NCBI GenBank assembly: GCA_965220745.1
Contig: CBDCQT010000007.1
Location: 128,001-192,000, forward strand
DNA length: 64,000 nucleotides
DNA from: Alphaproteobacteria bacterium
GTDB taxonomy: Bacteria > Pseudomonadota > Alphaproteobacteria > UBA828
Reading direction: 5' to 3'
Part shown: positions 39,533 through 49,465 of the stretch, in pieces
Numbering within the stretch: position 1 is the stretch's first letter
How the letters are laid out: every line of letters begins with the position of its first letter
Notes under the pieces: model-generated
The model's database searches: none
What the model was told of the DNA's origin: nothing
The model's input: the letters and a program-made list of their open reading frames with translations, nothing else
Position numbers and translations under genes: made by a program

Positions 39533-39772
39533 ATGAGCGATAACGATATCGCCGCGCGCGTCAAGAAGATCGTCGTCGATCACCTTGGCATCGAAGAGGA
39601 AAAGGTGACCGAGAATGCGAGCTTCATCGACGATCTCGGTGCGGACAGTCTCGATACGGTCGAGCTCGTGATGGCCTTCGAGGAGGAGTTCGGCTGCGAA
39701 ATACCTGATGACGCCGCCGAGAAGATCCTCACGGTGAAGGACGCCATCGACCACATCGAGCAGATCACCTGA
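39533..39772 (+). CDS. acpP: Acyl carrier protein
   Basis: [20 protein letters not shown]. Confidence 0.98.
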   Translation: MSDNDIAARVKKIVVDHLGIEEEKVTENASFIDDLGADSLDTVELVMAFEEEFGCEIPDDAAEKILTVKDAIDHIEQIT

Positions 39773-39841
39773 CGGGGCGGCCAGAGGGGCCGATGGCGCG
39801 GACACAGCCTGCGCAAGACCCCGACAGCTGGAGAGCAGTGA

Positions 39842-41119
39842 ATGCGCACCGCTGACCCGGCGCGCAGAGTGGTGGTCACCGGTGTCGGCATGGTGTCGCC
39901 GCTGGCGAACGGTGTTCGCCTGAGCTGGGAGCGGCTCGTCGAAGGCCGCTCGGGCATCGCGCAAATCGAGGGCTTTGATCCCAGCGATCTGCCAGTCAAG
40001 ATCGCGGGCGAGATTCCCTCCGGCGACGATGAGGGCGGCTTCCACGCGGCCGATATCGTATCCACCAAGGACCTGCGCAAGATGGACGATTTCATCGTCT
40101 ATGCGCTCTGTGCTGCGGTGGAGGCGGTGGAAGATTCGGGCTGGATGCCCGACGACGAGGAGAGCCTGGAGCGGACCGGCGTGATGATCGGCTCCGGCAT
40201 CGGCGGGCTCAAGACCATCGAGGCGGCGACGGTCCTTGTAGACGAGAAGGGCCCGAGGCGGCTCAGCCCGTTCTTCATTCCGTCGAGCCTCATCAATCTG
40301 GCCTCGGGCCATGTCTCGATTCGATACGGCTTTCGCGGGCCCAATCATTCGGTCGTGACCGCGTGCTCGACGGGGGCGCACGCGATCGGCGATGCCTCGC
40401 ATCTCATCCTTCGCGGCGATGCGGACGTCATGGTCGCCGGCGGGGCGGAGGCAGGCGTCTGCCATATCGGGGTCGCGGGTTTCGCGGCGGCCCGCGCGCT
40501 CTCCACCAGTTTCAACGACGCACCAGAGCGCGCATCCCGCCCCTGGGACGAGGCACGCGACGGCTTCGTGATGGGCGAGGGCGCGGGCGTGGTCGTGCTG
40601 GAGGAATACGAGCACGCGAAAAGGCGAGGCGCCACCATCTACGCCGAGATCATCGGCTACGGTATGAGCGGCGATGCCCATCACGTGACCGCGCCGGCGC
40701 CGGACGGCTCCGGCGGCTACCGCTCCATGGCCCACGCACTCAGGACTGCGGAGCTCAACACCGACGAGATCGACTACATCAACGCGCACGGCACCTCGAC
40801 TCCGCTCGGCGACGAAATCGAGCTCGGCGCGGTCAAGCAGCTCTTCGGCGAGGACGCCGGGCGGCTCTCGATGTCGTCGACCAAGTCGTCGATCGGGCAT
40901 CTGCTCGGCGCCGCCGGCAGCGTGGAGCTGATCTTTTCCATCCTCGCCATCAACGACGGCGTGGTCCCGCCGACGCTCAATCTCGACAATCCCTCGCCGG
41001 GCTGCGATCTCGATCTGGTCCCGCACGAGGCCAAGGAGCGCAAGGTCGAGCGGGCGCTGTCGAACTCCTTCGGGTTCGGCGGCACCAACGCCACGGTCAT
41101 CGTAGGCCGGCCCTCCTAG
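39842..41119 (+). CDS. fabF: Beta-ketoacyl-ACP synthase II
   Basis: TACSTG, HGTSTPLGD, GHLLGAAG and SNSFGFGG. Confidence 0.96.
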   Translation: MRTADPARRVVVTGVGMVSPLANGVRLSWERLVEGRSGIAQIEGFDPSDLPVKIAGEIPSGDDEGGFHAADIVSTKDLRKMDDFIVYALCAAVEAVEDSGWMPDDEESLERTGVMIGSGIGGLKTIEAATVLVDEKGPRRLSPFFIPSSLINLASGHVSIRYGFRGPNHSVVTACSTGAHAIGDASHLILRGDADVMVAGGAEAGVCHIGVAGFAAARALSTSFNDAPERASRPWDEARDGFVMGEGAGVVVLEEYEHAKRRGATIYAEIIGYGMSGDAHHVTAPAPDGSGGYRSMAHALRTAELNTDEIDYINAHGTSTPLGDEIELGAVKQLFGEDAGRLSMSSTKSSIGHLLGAAGSVELIFSILAINDGVVPPTLNLDNPSPGCDLDLVPHEAKERKVERALSNSFGFGGTNATVIVGRPS

Positions 41120-41130
41120 CGCGGCGGGCG

Positions 41131-42126
41131 ATGAGACGCGCCCTCCTATGGCCGCTCACGGGCGTGGCGGTCGTGGTGGGTCTCGCCGTCGTCCTCGCGA
41201 TCGCAGGTTGGCTCTACGTCCACAGCCAGTTCGACACGCCGGGGCCCGCACGCGCCGAGCACACCGTGGTCCTGCCCCAGGGGCTGAGTGCCTTCGACAT
41301 CGCCGATGTGCTGGAGGAGGCAGGGGTCATCGACGATCCGTTGCTCTTCGTCGCGGCCCTCTGGATCGAGGACAAGCAGCACGCGCTCAAGGCCGGCGAA
41401 TACGTGTTCGAGGCGCTGGTCACGCCGCGCGGCGTGATGGAGAAGCTGGTGACTGGCGACACCCTCGTACACCGGCTCACCGTCGCCGAGGGAATGACCA
41501 GTGCCGAGATCGTGGCCGCGCTCAACGCGACGTCCAGGCTCGAGGGCGAGATCGAAGAGGTCCCTCCGGAAGGCTCGCTCCTGCCCGAGACCTATCACTA
41601 TGCGCTAGGGGACAACCGCGCCGTCCTCATCGAGCGGATGCAGCGGGACATGGTGCGCCTGGTCGACGAGCTGTGGGAAGCCCGCGATCCCGCGCTCGCC
41701 CTCGACGACGCGCGGCAGGCGGTAATACTGGCCTCCGTCGTGGAGAAGGAGACCGGCGTTGCCGACGAGCGGCCGGTGATCGCCGGCGTTTTCCTCAACC
41801 GGCTGCGCGAGAACATGCGGCTGCAATCGGACCCGACCGTCATCTACGCGCTGACAGGGGGCAGGGGTCCACTCGGCCGGGCGCTGACCCGGTCCGATCT
41901 CCGCATCGAGAGCCCTTACAACACCTACCGCGTGCGCGGCCTTCCGCCGGGTCCCATCGCCAATCCGGGGCGCGCGGCGCTTGCCGCAGTCCTGAACCCG
42001 GCTGAGACCGACGCGCTCTACTTCGTTGCTGACGGCTCCGGCGGGCATGCGTTCGCGAAGACCCTGGACGAGCACAACCGCAACGTCGCGCGCTGGCGCG
42101 CCAAGCGCGCTGCGTCAAAGAAGTAA
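41131..42126 (+). CDS. mltG: Endolytic transglycosylase MltG
   Basis: N-terminal TM, EGSLLPETY, ASVVEKET, LQSDPT, SPYNTY and GLPPGPI. Confidence 0.93.
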   Translation: MRRALLWPLTGVAVVVGLAVVLAIAGWLYVHSQFDTPGPARAEHTVVLPQGLSAFDIADVLEEAGVIDDPLLFVAALWIEDKQHALKAGEYVFEALVTPRGVMEKLVTGDTLVHRLTVAEGMTSAEIVAALNATSRLEGEIEEVPPEGSLLPETYHYALGDNRAVLIERMQRDMVRLVDELWEARDPALALDDARQAVILASVVEKETGVADERPVIAGVFLNRLRENMRLQSDPTVIYALTGGRGPLGRALTRSDLRIESPYNTYRVRGLPPGPIANPGRAALAAVLNPAETDALYFVADGSGGHAFAKTLDEHNRNVARWRAKRAASKK

Positions 42127-42138
42127 CCGGAGGACGAT

Positions 42139-43035
42139 TTGGGCGACACTTCGGGCATTTCCAGCATGACCGGATTCGCGAGGGCGAGCGGCAGCGACGG
42201 TGCGGCTGGCTGGAGTTGGGAGGTCAAGAGCGTGAACGGGCGGGCGCTGGATATCCGCTGCCGCCTGCCGCAGGGGCTAGAGCGGCTCGACCCGGCAGTA
42301 CGAAGCGCGGTCTCGGCCCGTCTCCGGCGCGGCAACGTCACGGTGGGGCTCAGGCTCTCCCAGGCGCCGGAAGCCGCCGACCTGCGGGTCAACCGGGCCT
42401 GGCTCGACGAGTTGATAGCGCTCGCCGCCGAGTACCGTGGGAGGGACGACATCGCGCCGCCGCGCCTCGACGGCATGCTGGCGCTACGCGGTGTCATCGA
42501 GACCGCGGAATCAGCCGTCGACGCCGAGGGCGCCCAGGACGACGCTGCCTTGCTGGAGACGCTGGATGTCGCACTCGCGGAGCTGGTGCGCGAGCGGCAG
42601 GCCGAGGGGGCTGCGCTCGCGGACGCGCTGACGGCTCGGATCGAGGAAATCACGGAGCTGACGCACCAGGCCGAGGCGTTGGCGCCCACGCGCCAGGAGG
42701 CGCTCGGTGCGCGGCTGCGCGAGCAGGTGGCGGCGTTGATCGACGCTGGCGCGCCGGTGCCCGAGGATCGGTTGGCAACGGAGCTCGCGCTCCTCGCCGT
42801 CAAGATCGACGTGACTGAGGAGATCGACCGGCTCAAGTCCCACTGCGCAGCGGCGGCACGTCATCTGCAGGAGGGGGTTGCTGTCGGACGCAAGCTGGAT
42901 TTCCTGGCGCAAGAGTTCAACCGGGAGGCCAACACGCTCTGCTCCAAAGCCTCTCATGCCGCGCTCACGGAGGTCGGACTCGCGCTCAAGGCCGCCATCG
43001 ACCAGTTCCGTGAGCAGGCGCAGAACGTGGAGTAG
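42139..43035 (+). CDS. yicC: YicC/YloC-family endoribonuclease
   Basis: SMTGFA, KSVNGR, GRKLDFLAQEFNREANTLCSK and EQAQNVE. Confidence 0.92.
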   Translation: MGDTSGISSMTGFARASGSDGAAGWSWEVKSVNGRALDIRCRLPQGLERLDPAVRSAVSARLRRGNVTVGLRLSQAPEAADLRVNRAWLDELIALAAEYRGRDDIAPPRLDGMLALRGVIETAESAVDAEGAQDDAALLETLDVALAELVRERQAEGAALADALTARIEEITELTHQAEALAPTRQEALGARLREQVAALIDAGAPVPEDRLATELALLAVKIDVTEEIDRLKSHCAAAARHLQEGVAVGRKLDFLAQEFNREANTLCSKASHAALTEVGLALKAAIDQFREQAQNVE

Positions 43036-43038
43036 GCG

Positions 43039-43707
43039 GTGAGCGTCTCCACCGACAATCCGGCCTTTGGGCGTCGCGGTCTCTTGCTGGTGCTGTCCTC
43101 TCCCTCCGGTGCGGGCAAGACCACCATTACCCGCCGCCTAGTCGAGCTTGAAGGCGACGGAGTCGAAATCTCGGTCTCGCACACGACGCGGCCCAAGCGA
43201 CCGGACGAGATGGACGGCCGCGATTATCACTTCGTCGACGAGGCCGGGTTCACGCGTCTGCGGGAGCGCGGGGCGTTCCTGGAATGCGCGGAGGTGTTCG
43301 GCCACTGGTACGGCACCGCCCGCGACCCGGTCGAAAGCGCGCTCGATGCCGGCCGCGATGTCGTCTTCGACATCGACTGGCAGGGCAGCCAGCAGCTTGC
43401 CGAGGCCGTGCAGGGCGATCTGGTCCGCATCTTCATCCTGCCGCCGTCGCTGGAGGCGCTGGAAGAACGACTCAAGCGCCGTGCTCAGGACACGCCCGCC
43501 GTGGTCGCGGAACGCATGAGCCGCGCCGCTGACGAGATGAGCCACTACGACGAATACGACTACGTGGTGGTCAACACCGCGCTCGAACGCTCCGTCGAGG
43601 ACGTGCGTTCGATCCTCTGCGCCGAGCGGCTGCGCCGGGATCGCCTGAAAGGGCTCGACGAATTCGTGCGCAAACTCACGGTGGGCACGAAGCCGCCTCA
43701 GGGCTAA
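43039..43707 (+). CDS. gmk: Guanylate kinase
   Basis: SPSGAGKTT, SHTTRPKR, DYHF, DIDWQG and FILPPS. Confidence 0.96.
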   Translation: MSVSTDNPAFGRRGLLLVLSSPSGAGKTTITRRLVELEGDGVEISVSHTTRPKRPDEMDGRDYHFVDEAGFTRLRERGAFLECAEVFGHWYGTARDPVESALDAGRDVVFDIDWQGSQQLAEAVQGDLVRIFILPPSLEALEERLKRRAQDTPAVVAERMSRAADEMSHYDEYDYVVVNTALERSVEDVRSILCAERLRRDRLKGLDEFVRKLTVGTKPPQG

Positions 43708-44191
43708 CCCGCGCTATCGCACCTTTCACACCGTCGAGGGCACCAGGGGCAAGCGCCAGCGCGAGCAGCCGGCCGGATTCCTTGAGGCCAGGAAGGGTGA
43801 TCCCGTAGCGCGCTGCGCTCTTGAATCCGAAACGGCCGAGATAACCCTGCGCGCCCACTGCGACGACGGTCGTGTGTCCCGCCGCTGCAGCCCGATCGAG
43901 TGCGGTTCGGATTAGTAGTCCTCCGATTCCGCGTCCCTCTTGGGGCGGGTCCACGGCGATCGGCCCTAGAAGCAGCGCCGATCCCGTTGCGCCAATCCGT
44001 ACAGGCCAGTGCCGGATCGTACCGAGGATTCGGCCTTCGGTCTCGGCGACGAGGCAGAGGCTGTGCACGGGCTCAACACCCGCGCGCAGGCGGTAGGAAG
44101 GGCGGGAATGACGGTCCGCGCCAAAGGCACGGTCCAGCAGGGACTCGATCTCCGGGCCGTCTTGCGGCCGCTCTTTACGGATGGGGGGCAT
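43676..44191 (-). CDS. GNAT-family N-acetyltransferase
   Basis: LLGPIAVDP..GRGIGGLLI and YLGRFGF. Confidence 0.85.
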   Translation of the reverse strand: MPPIRKERPQDGPEIESLLDRAFGADRHSRPSYRLRAGVEPVHSLCLVAETEGRILGTIRHWPVRIGATGSALLLGPIAVDPPQEGRGIGGLLIRTALDRAAAAGHTTVVAVGAQGYLGRFGFKSAARYGITLPGLKESGRLLALALAPGALDGVKGAIARVSPEAASCPP

Positions 44192-44346
44192 GGCGCTCTA
44201 CTCTCGACGACGGACGGGCAAGGTGGTGATGCCGCAGCGCCGGTGGCACCGCGGTGTCAGCGGTCTCGTCGTCGCTCGCGAGCACAGCGTGGCATGAAAG
44301 GGTGACTAAGGCGTACCGGGCGCATTGGCAAGCAGAATTGCCGCGC

Positions 44347-45219
44347 TCAGGTGTGCCGCATCGCTGCCCAAGCATGGGCAAGGGCGCAGAATTCGGTAAC
44401 CGAGAGCGTCTCCGCCCGCGCTTCGGGCGAGATGCCGGCACGCTCCAGCAGCACCAGCGGCTCCGGTGTCAGTGTGCGCAGCGCGCGGCGCAGCATTTTT
44501 CTGCGCTGACCGAATGCCGCGCGGGTCACGGCGTCGAGGGCGTCGGGCTCCGCCGGTGCGAGCGGCGCAGCCCGCGGCACCAGGCGAACCACCGATGAAA
44601 GCACGCCGGGCGGCGGCACGAAGGCGCGCGGGCTCACATCGAACAGGCGCTCGCAGGTGCAGAGCCACTGCGCCCGCACCGAAAGGCCGCCGTAGTCCTT
44701 CCCGCCGGTCGCGGTGATCCGTGCGGCCACCTCCTTCTGGAACATGAGGGTCATGCTCTCGATCCACTCGACCTGCTCCAGCCATCGCAATAAGAGCCGC
44801 GTGCCGACGTTGTAGGGGAGATTCGCCACGATCCCGATGCGGGCGGGCCTGAGAGTCGCGATATCGAAGGAGAGGGCGTCACCCTCGACGATCTCGAGCC
44901 GATCAGGATAGCGCGCCTGGAGCTCGTCGAGCGCGGCCACGCAGCGGTGGTCCTTCTCGACTGCGACGACACGGGCTGCGCCGGCCGCGAGCAGCGCCCT
45001 GGTCAGTCCGCCCGGTCCTGGCCCCACCTCCAATATGGCGGCCGAGGCGCCGGGCTGGGCTGTCCGCGCAATTCTCTCGCACAGGCTAGGATCAAGGAGG
45101 AAATGCTGACCGAGCGCTCGCTTGGGATGCAGTCCGTGGCGCGCGATGACGGCAGAGAGCGGCGGCAGCCGGGCGTCGCAGCCGGCGTCTTCCCCACCGG
45201 GGTCGCTTGTGCCGGTCAA
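44347..45219 (-). CDS. rsmA: 16S rRNA m6,2A dimethyltransferase
   Basis: LGQHFL, EVGPGPGGLT, ANLPYNV, MFQKEVA and AFGQRRKML. Confidence 0.95.
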   Translation of the reverse strand: MTGTSDPGGEDAGCDARLPPLSAVIARHGLHPKRALGQHFLLDPSLCERIARTAQPGASAAILEVGPGPGGLTRALLAAGAARVVAVEKDHRCVAALDELQARYPDRLEIVEGDALSFDIATLRPARIGIVANLPYNVGTRLLLRWLEQVEWIESMTLMFQKEVAARITATGGKDYGGLSVRAQWLCTCERLFDVSPRAFVPPPGVLSSVVRLVPRAAPLAPAEPDALDAVTRAAFGQRRKMLRRALRTLTPEPLVLLERAGISPEARAETLSVTEFCALAHAWAAMRHT

Positions 45220-46184
45220 ATCCGCACGTCGATGAACGCCGATCGGTGCAGGTCGCGCACGTAGCGCCGCGCGAGCATCTCCAGCCTGCGTCCCGCGATG
45301 TCCTGCCGGATCCTCTCTCGATCGAGCCCGGCGGCAGGCGCGTCCGCGAGCACCGCGCGGCGGTCAATCAGCGAGACGATGTAGTAACCGTCGAACGCCC
45401 GCACCGGGGATGTAATCGATCCGGGTTCTGTCTCGGCGAGCACGGCCTCAATCTCGCTCGGGAGCTGTCCTTCGACGACCCAGCCGATGTCGCCGCCGAC
45501 CGCGGCGGTAGCGCTCTGCGAGAATTGACGGGCGATCTGGGCGAAGTTGGCGCCGCCCGTCAGCTGCCTGTAGAGGCTCGCGGCGGCGGCGCGGACCTCA
45601 TCCTCCTGCTCACTCGATTCGACCGCCAAAAAAATCTCCGCGACACGATATTCGGGTCGCCCTCGGTTGGCTTCAAGCCGGGCGATCGCCTCGTCGATTT
45701 CGCCCTCGCCGACCGAGACCGCGGCGCCCAGGCGGCGGCGCACGAGCTTGGACCAGAGGATCTCTGCGCGGAGCTGCTCCCCGACGGTGGCGACGTCCAG
45801 CCCCTGGCGCCGCAGGAAGTCGTCGAGCGCGCCGGCCGGGATTCCGTTGCGTTGCTCTACGCTCCGCCGCGCGTTCGCCATGTCGGCCTCGCTGACGGTT
45901 ACCCCGAGACGCTCTGCCTCCTGCACCTTCAGACGTTCGTCGATGAGCGAGCGAAGCACTTGCGGTGCCAGCTGGCGGCGCAGCTCCTCGCTGACCTGCA
46001 ATCGGGACGACACGATGGCGACGTCGATGCGCCGCACGAGATCGGGGATCGAGATCGCCTCGCTGTTGACAACAGCGGCGATCCTCACGACCTCCTGGCC
46101 CCTCGCGCGGTCCACCGGCACGAGCACGATCGGCAGCAGCGCGAACAACAGCACAGCCGCCCGAGCGATCGGTAGATATCTCAT
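45216..46184 (-). CDS. surA: SurA-like peptidyl-prolyl isomerase chaperone
   Basis: Signal peptide, IAAVVN, LIDERLKVQEA and the parvulin motif FAQIARQFSQ..GGDIGW. Confidence 0.87.
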   Translation of the reverse strand: MRYLPIARAAVLLFALLPIVLVPVDRARGQEVVRIAAVVNSEAISIPDLVRRIDVAIVSSRLQVSEELRRQLAPQVLRSLIDERLKVQEAERLGVTVSEADMANARRSVEQRNGIPAGALDDFLRRQGLDVATVGEQLRAEILWSKLVRRRLGAAVSVGEGEIDEAIARLEANRGRPEYRVAEIFLAVESSEQEDEVRAAAASLYRQLTGGANFAQIARQFSQSATAAVGGDIGWVVEGQLPSEIEAVLAETEPGSITSPVRAFDGYYIVSLIDRRAVLADAPAAGLDRERIRQDIAGRRLEMLARRYVRDLHRSAFIDVRI

Positions 46185-46191
46185 AGCCGCC

Positions 46192-48348
46192 TCAGCCCGC
46201 GTGTTTCAGATTGACGGTCAAGTGCCATACCGTACCCGGCTCTACGTCTCGGTCTCGGGTAAAGGAGCGCGATACACCCGTGCCGATAACGATACATTCA
46301 TCTTCATAGAAAAGACCCACATTCCAGTTAATGGAAGCGTTATCCTCCAGGTCGCGGCGGGCCCCGGCGGAGAGGGTCCAGTTGTCCCAGGGACTCGCAA
46401 TCATCTCCATGAGCCCCTCTCTACCCCCGACGAAGTTCCCAATGACGCTTTCCGGCGGCCGGTCCACATCGGCGAAACCGAGCCGGGCGCGCAGCCATTC
46501 CGGACCGGCGGCAAGGTCGATTTCGTTGCGTCTGACGGTGAAGTCACGGTGGTCGAGACGGAACCGCAGGGAAAAATCGAGCCAAGGCGACGGTTCCACG
46601 TGGATGCGGCCGACGTAGTCCGACATCCGATCTTCGAGGCCGCTGCCTGGCTCGAACGGCGAATCGTCCTTTGCCCGTGCGCTCTGTCCGATCAGCGTGG
46701 TCGCCCGGCCCCCGCCGGGGCCGTAAAAGCCGAGGCGCACGCCGTAATTGACACGCGGTCCGGTCTCGATGCGGTCGAGGCCGGTGTGGCGGTTGGTGCT
46801 GAACAGATTGGTGTGATCGAACTCAAGATCCCGGCTGTCCTCGTTGGGGATCTTGTGGGGATTGCCGCCATCGGGGCTGATGACGCCCTGTATGATCGGT
46901 TCGATAAGCTGCCGCAGGGAGCCAATCCGCGTGATGAGCGGATAGCGCCACTCGACGGCGAGCTCGGGTACGAACCGTCCCGCCGTTTCGCTCCTCATCA
47001 CGCCGTAGGGATCTCCTCGATCGGCCGGGGTGTAGGCGTGATAGAGGTCGCCTCGCAGGCTTGCATCGATGCGGAAGAGATGGCCGCCCGGCAGGATCAT
47101 CGGCCGGTGCCAGCCGCCGGCAATCGAGAGCCGCCGCGAGTCGGTTCCGTCCAGGCGCTCCAGGATCATGAGATTGGCGTCGAGCGTGGTGTAGCCGCCG
47201 GCATAGTCGGGCGCGCTCACGAGGTGCGCATCGAGCAGGGGAAGAACGATCGGGCTCTGGTCCCCCTGCTTACCGGCCCGGAGGTCCTGGAACAGGTAGC
47301 CGGCGCCCGACATGTAGCTGCGCTGGTGGAACCGCTCCGCAAACAGGGTCGTGACCAGATCGTCCTTTGATGAGATGCCGTAGCGGCGCAGATAGGTGTC
47401 GTCGAGGGCGCGCTCCAGATTGAAGCCCCATCGCCAGGTCTCGTCGATGTCGAAGAGACCATGGCCGAAGACGTGCCCCCGAATCCTGTTGCCATCCTCG
47501 TCGGCGGTGAGGGCACGCGTGATGCTCGCTTCGATCTCGAACTGACCATCCCACGTGCGCTCGCGGTATTCGCCAGCCAGCACAGCACTTTCTTGGGCGG
47601 TGAACCGGGGCGAAAAGGTCACATCCCGGTCAGGCGCGAGCGACCAGTAGTAGGGAATGGTCACCTCGGCGCCGAGTGCAGTGGAGCTGCTGTAGGACGG
47701 GGCCAGGAACCCGCTCTGGCGCACCACGCTCGGATCGGGATGACGGAAATAGGGCGTGTACAAGATCGGCAGACCGAAGAACTCGAGCGATGCGTCGCGG
47801 TAGGTGATGGAGTGCTCAACCTGATCGTGGATCACACGCGCTGCCTTGAACTGCCAGAGCGGTGCCGGCGCGGGATCGTCCGGGCATAGTTCGCACGGTG
47901 AATACACCGCCTTCCGCATTACCATACGGGTGCCGTCGATACGCTTAGCGCCGCTCGCAACGAGCCGCGACTGGTCCGCCAAGAGGACACTCAAACGATG
48001 AATCACGCCGTCTCTCAAGTCGCCGGTGAGCTCGACGGACTCGGCGAATATCACCTCGCCGGTGGGCTCCCGCAGTGCGACGTCGCCCGATGCCGTCACC
48101 ACGTCGTCGCGGCGCCGGTAGTGGATACTGTCGGCACGCAGCACCCGCCCACCCTGTGCGACCTCGACGTTGCCGGAGGCGATGACCGTGTCGGTGGCCT
48201 GGTCGTAGGTCAGCTCGTCGGCGGTCATCAGGAGATCGCCTGTCATCAGGTCGCCGAGACCGGGCGCGGCGTCCGTCTGCTGCGCTCGCGTTTCCAGCGA
48301 CGAGAGGGCCAGAAGACACGCGAAAACGAGCGGCGCGAGGGCCTTCAT
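46192..48348 (-). CDS. lptD: LPS assembly outer-membrane protein LptD
   Basis: OstA-like N-terminus (ADELTYD, ASGNV), YSPC, QSGFLAP, PNEDS and YEDEC. Confidence 0.93.
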   Translation of the reverse strand: MKALAPLVFACLLALSSLETRAQQTDAAPGLGDLMTGDLLMTADELTYDQATDTVIASGNVEVAQGGRVLRADSIHYRRRDDVVTASGDVALREPTGEVIFAESVELTGDLRDGVIHRLSVLLADQSRLVASGAKRIDGTRMVMRKAVYSPCELCPDDPAPAPLWQFKAARVIHDQVEHSITYRDASLEFFGLPILYTPYFRHPDPSVVRQSGFLAPSYSSSTALGAEVTIPYYWSLAPDRDVTFSPRFTAQESAVLAGEYRERTWDGQFEIEASITRALTADEDGNRIRGHVFGHGLFDIDETWRWGFNLERALDDTYLRRYGISSKDDLVTTLFAERFHQRSYMSGAGYLFQDLRAGKQGDQSPIVLPLLDAHLVSAPDYAGGYTTLDANLMILERLDGTDSRRLSIAGGWHRPMILPGGHLFRIDASLRGDLYHAYTPADRGDPYGVMRSETAGRFVPELAVEWRYPLITRIGSLRQLIEPIIQGVISPDGGNPHKIPNEDSRDLEFDHTNLFSTNRHTGLDRIETGPRVNYGVRLGFYGPGGGRATTLIGQSARAKDDSPFEPGSGLEDRMSDYVGRIHVEPSPWLDFSLRFRLDHRDFTVRRNEIDLAAGPEWLRARLGFADVDRPPESVIGNFVGGREGLMEMIASPWDNWTLSAGARRDLEDNASINWNVGLFYEDECIVIGTGVSRSFTRDRDVEPGTVWHLTVNLKHAG

Positions 48349-48358
48349 GATGTCGCCG

Positions 48359-49453
48359 CTATCCGTCCTCGAGATGGAACAGGCCCGCAACGCCAAGCAA
48401 CGTGAAAATGCCCGTCGGGGTCCACGCAGCGAGCACCGGTGGCAGCTTGCCGGAAAGGCCGAGGGCGAGCACCAAGTCCGAGATGAAATAGAGGAGAAAG
48501 CCAGTGAGCAATCCGGCCAGGACCAGCACCCAGGTGCCCCGCCGCGTGAAACGGAGCGAAAAGGTCGCTGCAATCAGAACCATCGCACAAAGGAGGAGGG
48601 GGACAGAGAGAAGCGAGTGCCAGTGCAGGCGGTGCTTCACCGAAGAGAAGCCGGACTCGTCCAACACCTTTATGAAGCCAGGCAACGCCCAGAAGGACAG
48701 GGTCTCCGGCGGCGAGAAGCTGTTCTGGATGCGCTCCAGGGTGAGGTCGGTTGGCACGCGAGCGTTCGCCCGATGCCGGGCCGGCTCGTCCGGCGCGCTG
48801 AAGAGGGCATCCTGCAGGTTCCAGTATCCGTCCTCCAGCCGGGCCTCGGCGGCATCGATCCGCCCGACGAACTGATCTTTCTTTGCGTACAGGAAGATGA
48901 TCGTGTCGTAGAGCGTCATGGTCTCCTGATCGATGCGCTCAGCGTGAACCACCGATTGGCTCTCCGAATCCCCCTGCCTGAGCCAGATGCCGGACTTCGA
49001 GAGCTCCATGAGGCTCGACTTGCCGCGCAAGTGGGTCACGTCCATCTGTTCGAACCGCGATGTCGTGGCGGAGGCCAGCGGGTTGACGACGGTCATGAAG
49101 AGGCCGCCTAGCAGTGCCGCGATGACCAGCGCAGGCAGCAGGAATTGCCAGACCGAGACGCCCGCCGCCCGCGCCACCACGAGCTCGCGGCTCCGCGTCA
49201 TCTTCGCGAAGGTCACGATACCGCCGACGAGAACGATAAAGGGCAGCGCCTTCTGCGCCATGAAGGGGATGTGCAGCGAGGCCATCTGGAGCACGGTTTC
49301 GATGGTCGCTGTCTTGTCCGGCCCGGAGGCGCGGCGCAGCAGCTCGATGGTATCGGCAATGAGGATGGTCAACATGACGAGCAGGAACACAAGCGCGACG
49401 CTCTGCAGGTATTGCCTGCCCATGTAGAGCGAGAGGGTAGAGGAGAGACGCAC
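48359..49453 (-). CDS. lptG: LPS export permease LptG
   Basis: ELVVARAAGVSVWQF, six TMs, ends EDG. Confidence 0.9.
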   Translation of the reverse strand: MRLSSTLSLYMGRQYLQSVALVFLLVMLTILIADTIELLRRASGPDKTATIETVLQMASLHIPFMAQKALPFIVLVGGIVTFAKMTRSRELVVARAAGVSVWQFLLPALVIAALLGGLFMTVVNPLASATTSRFEQMDVTHLRGKSSLMELSKSGIWLRQGDSESQSVVHAERIDQETMTLYDTIIFLYAKKDQFVGRIDAAEARLEDGYWNLQDALFSAPDEPARHRANARVPTDLTLERIQNSFSPPETLSFWALPGFIKVLDESGFSSVKHRLHWHSLLSVPLLLCAMVLIAATFSLRFTRRGTWVLVLAGLLTGFLLYFISDLVLALGLSGKLPPVLAAWTPTGIFTLLGVAGLFHLEDG

Positions 49454-49465
49454 CGGCCGTGGCTC

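Noticed and set aside
40363-41130. 587-aa extended MltG and 335-aa extended FabG from the ORF track
   Set aside because: The extensions overlap fabF and fabD in other frames; real starts are 41131 and 37652
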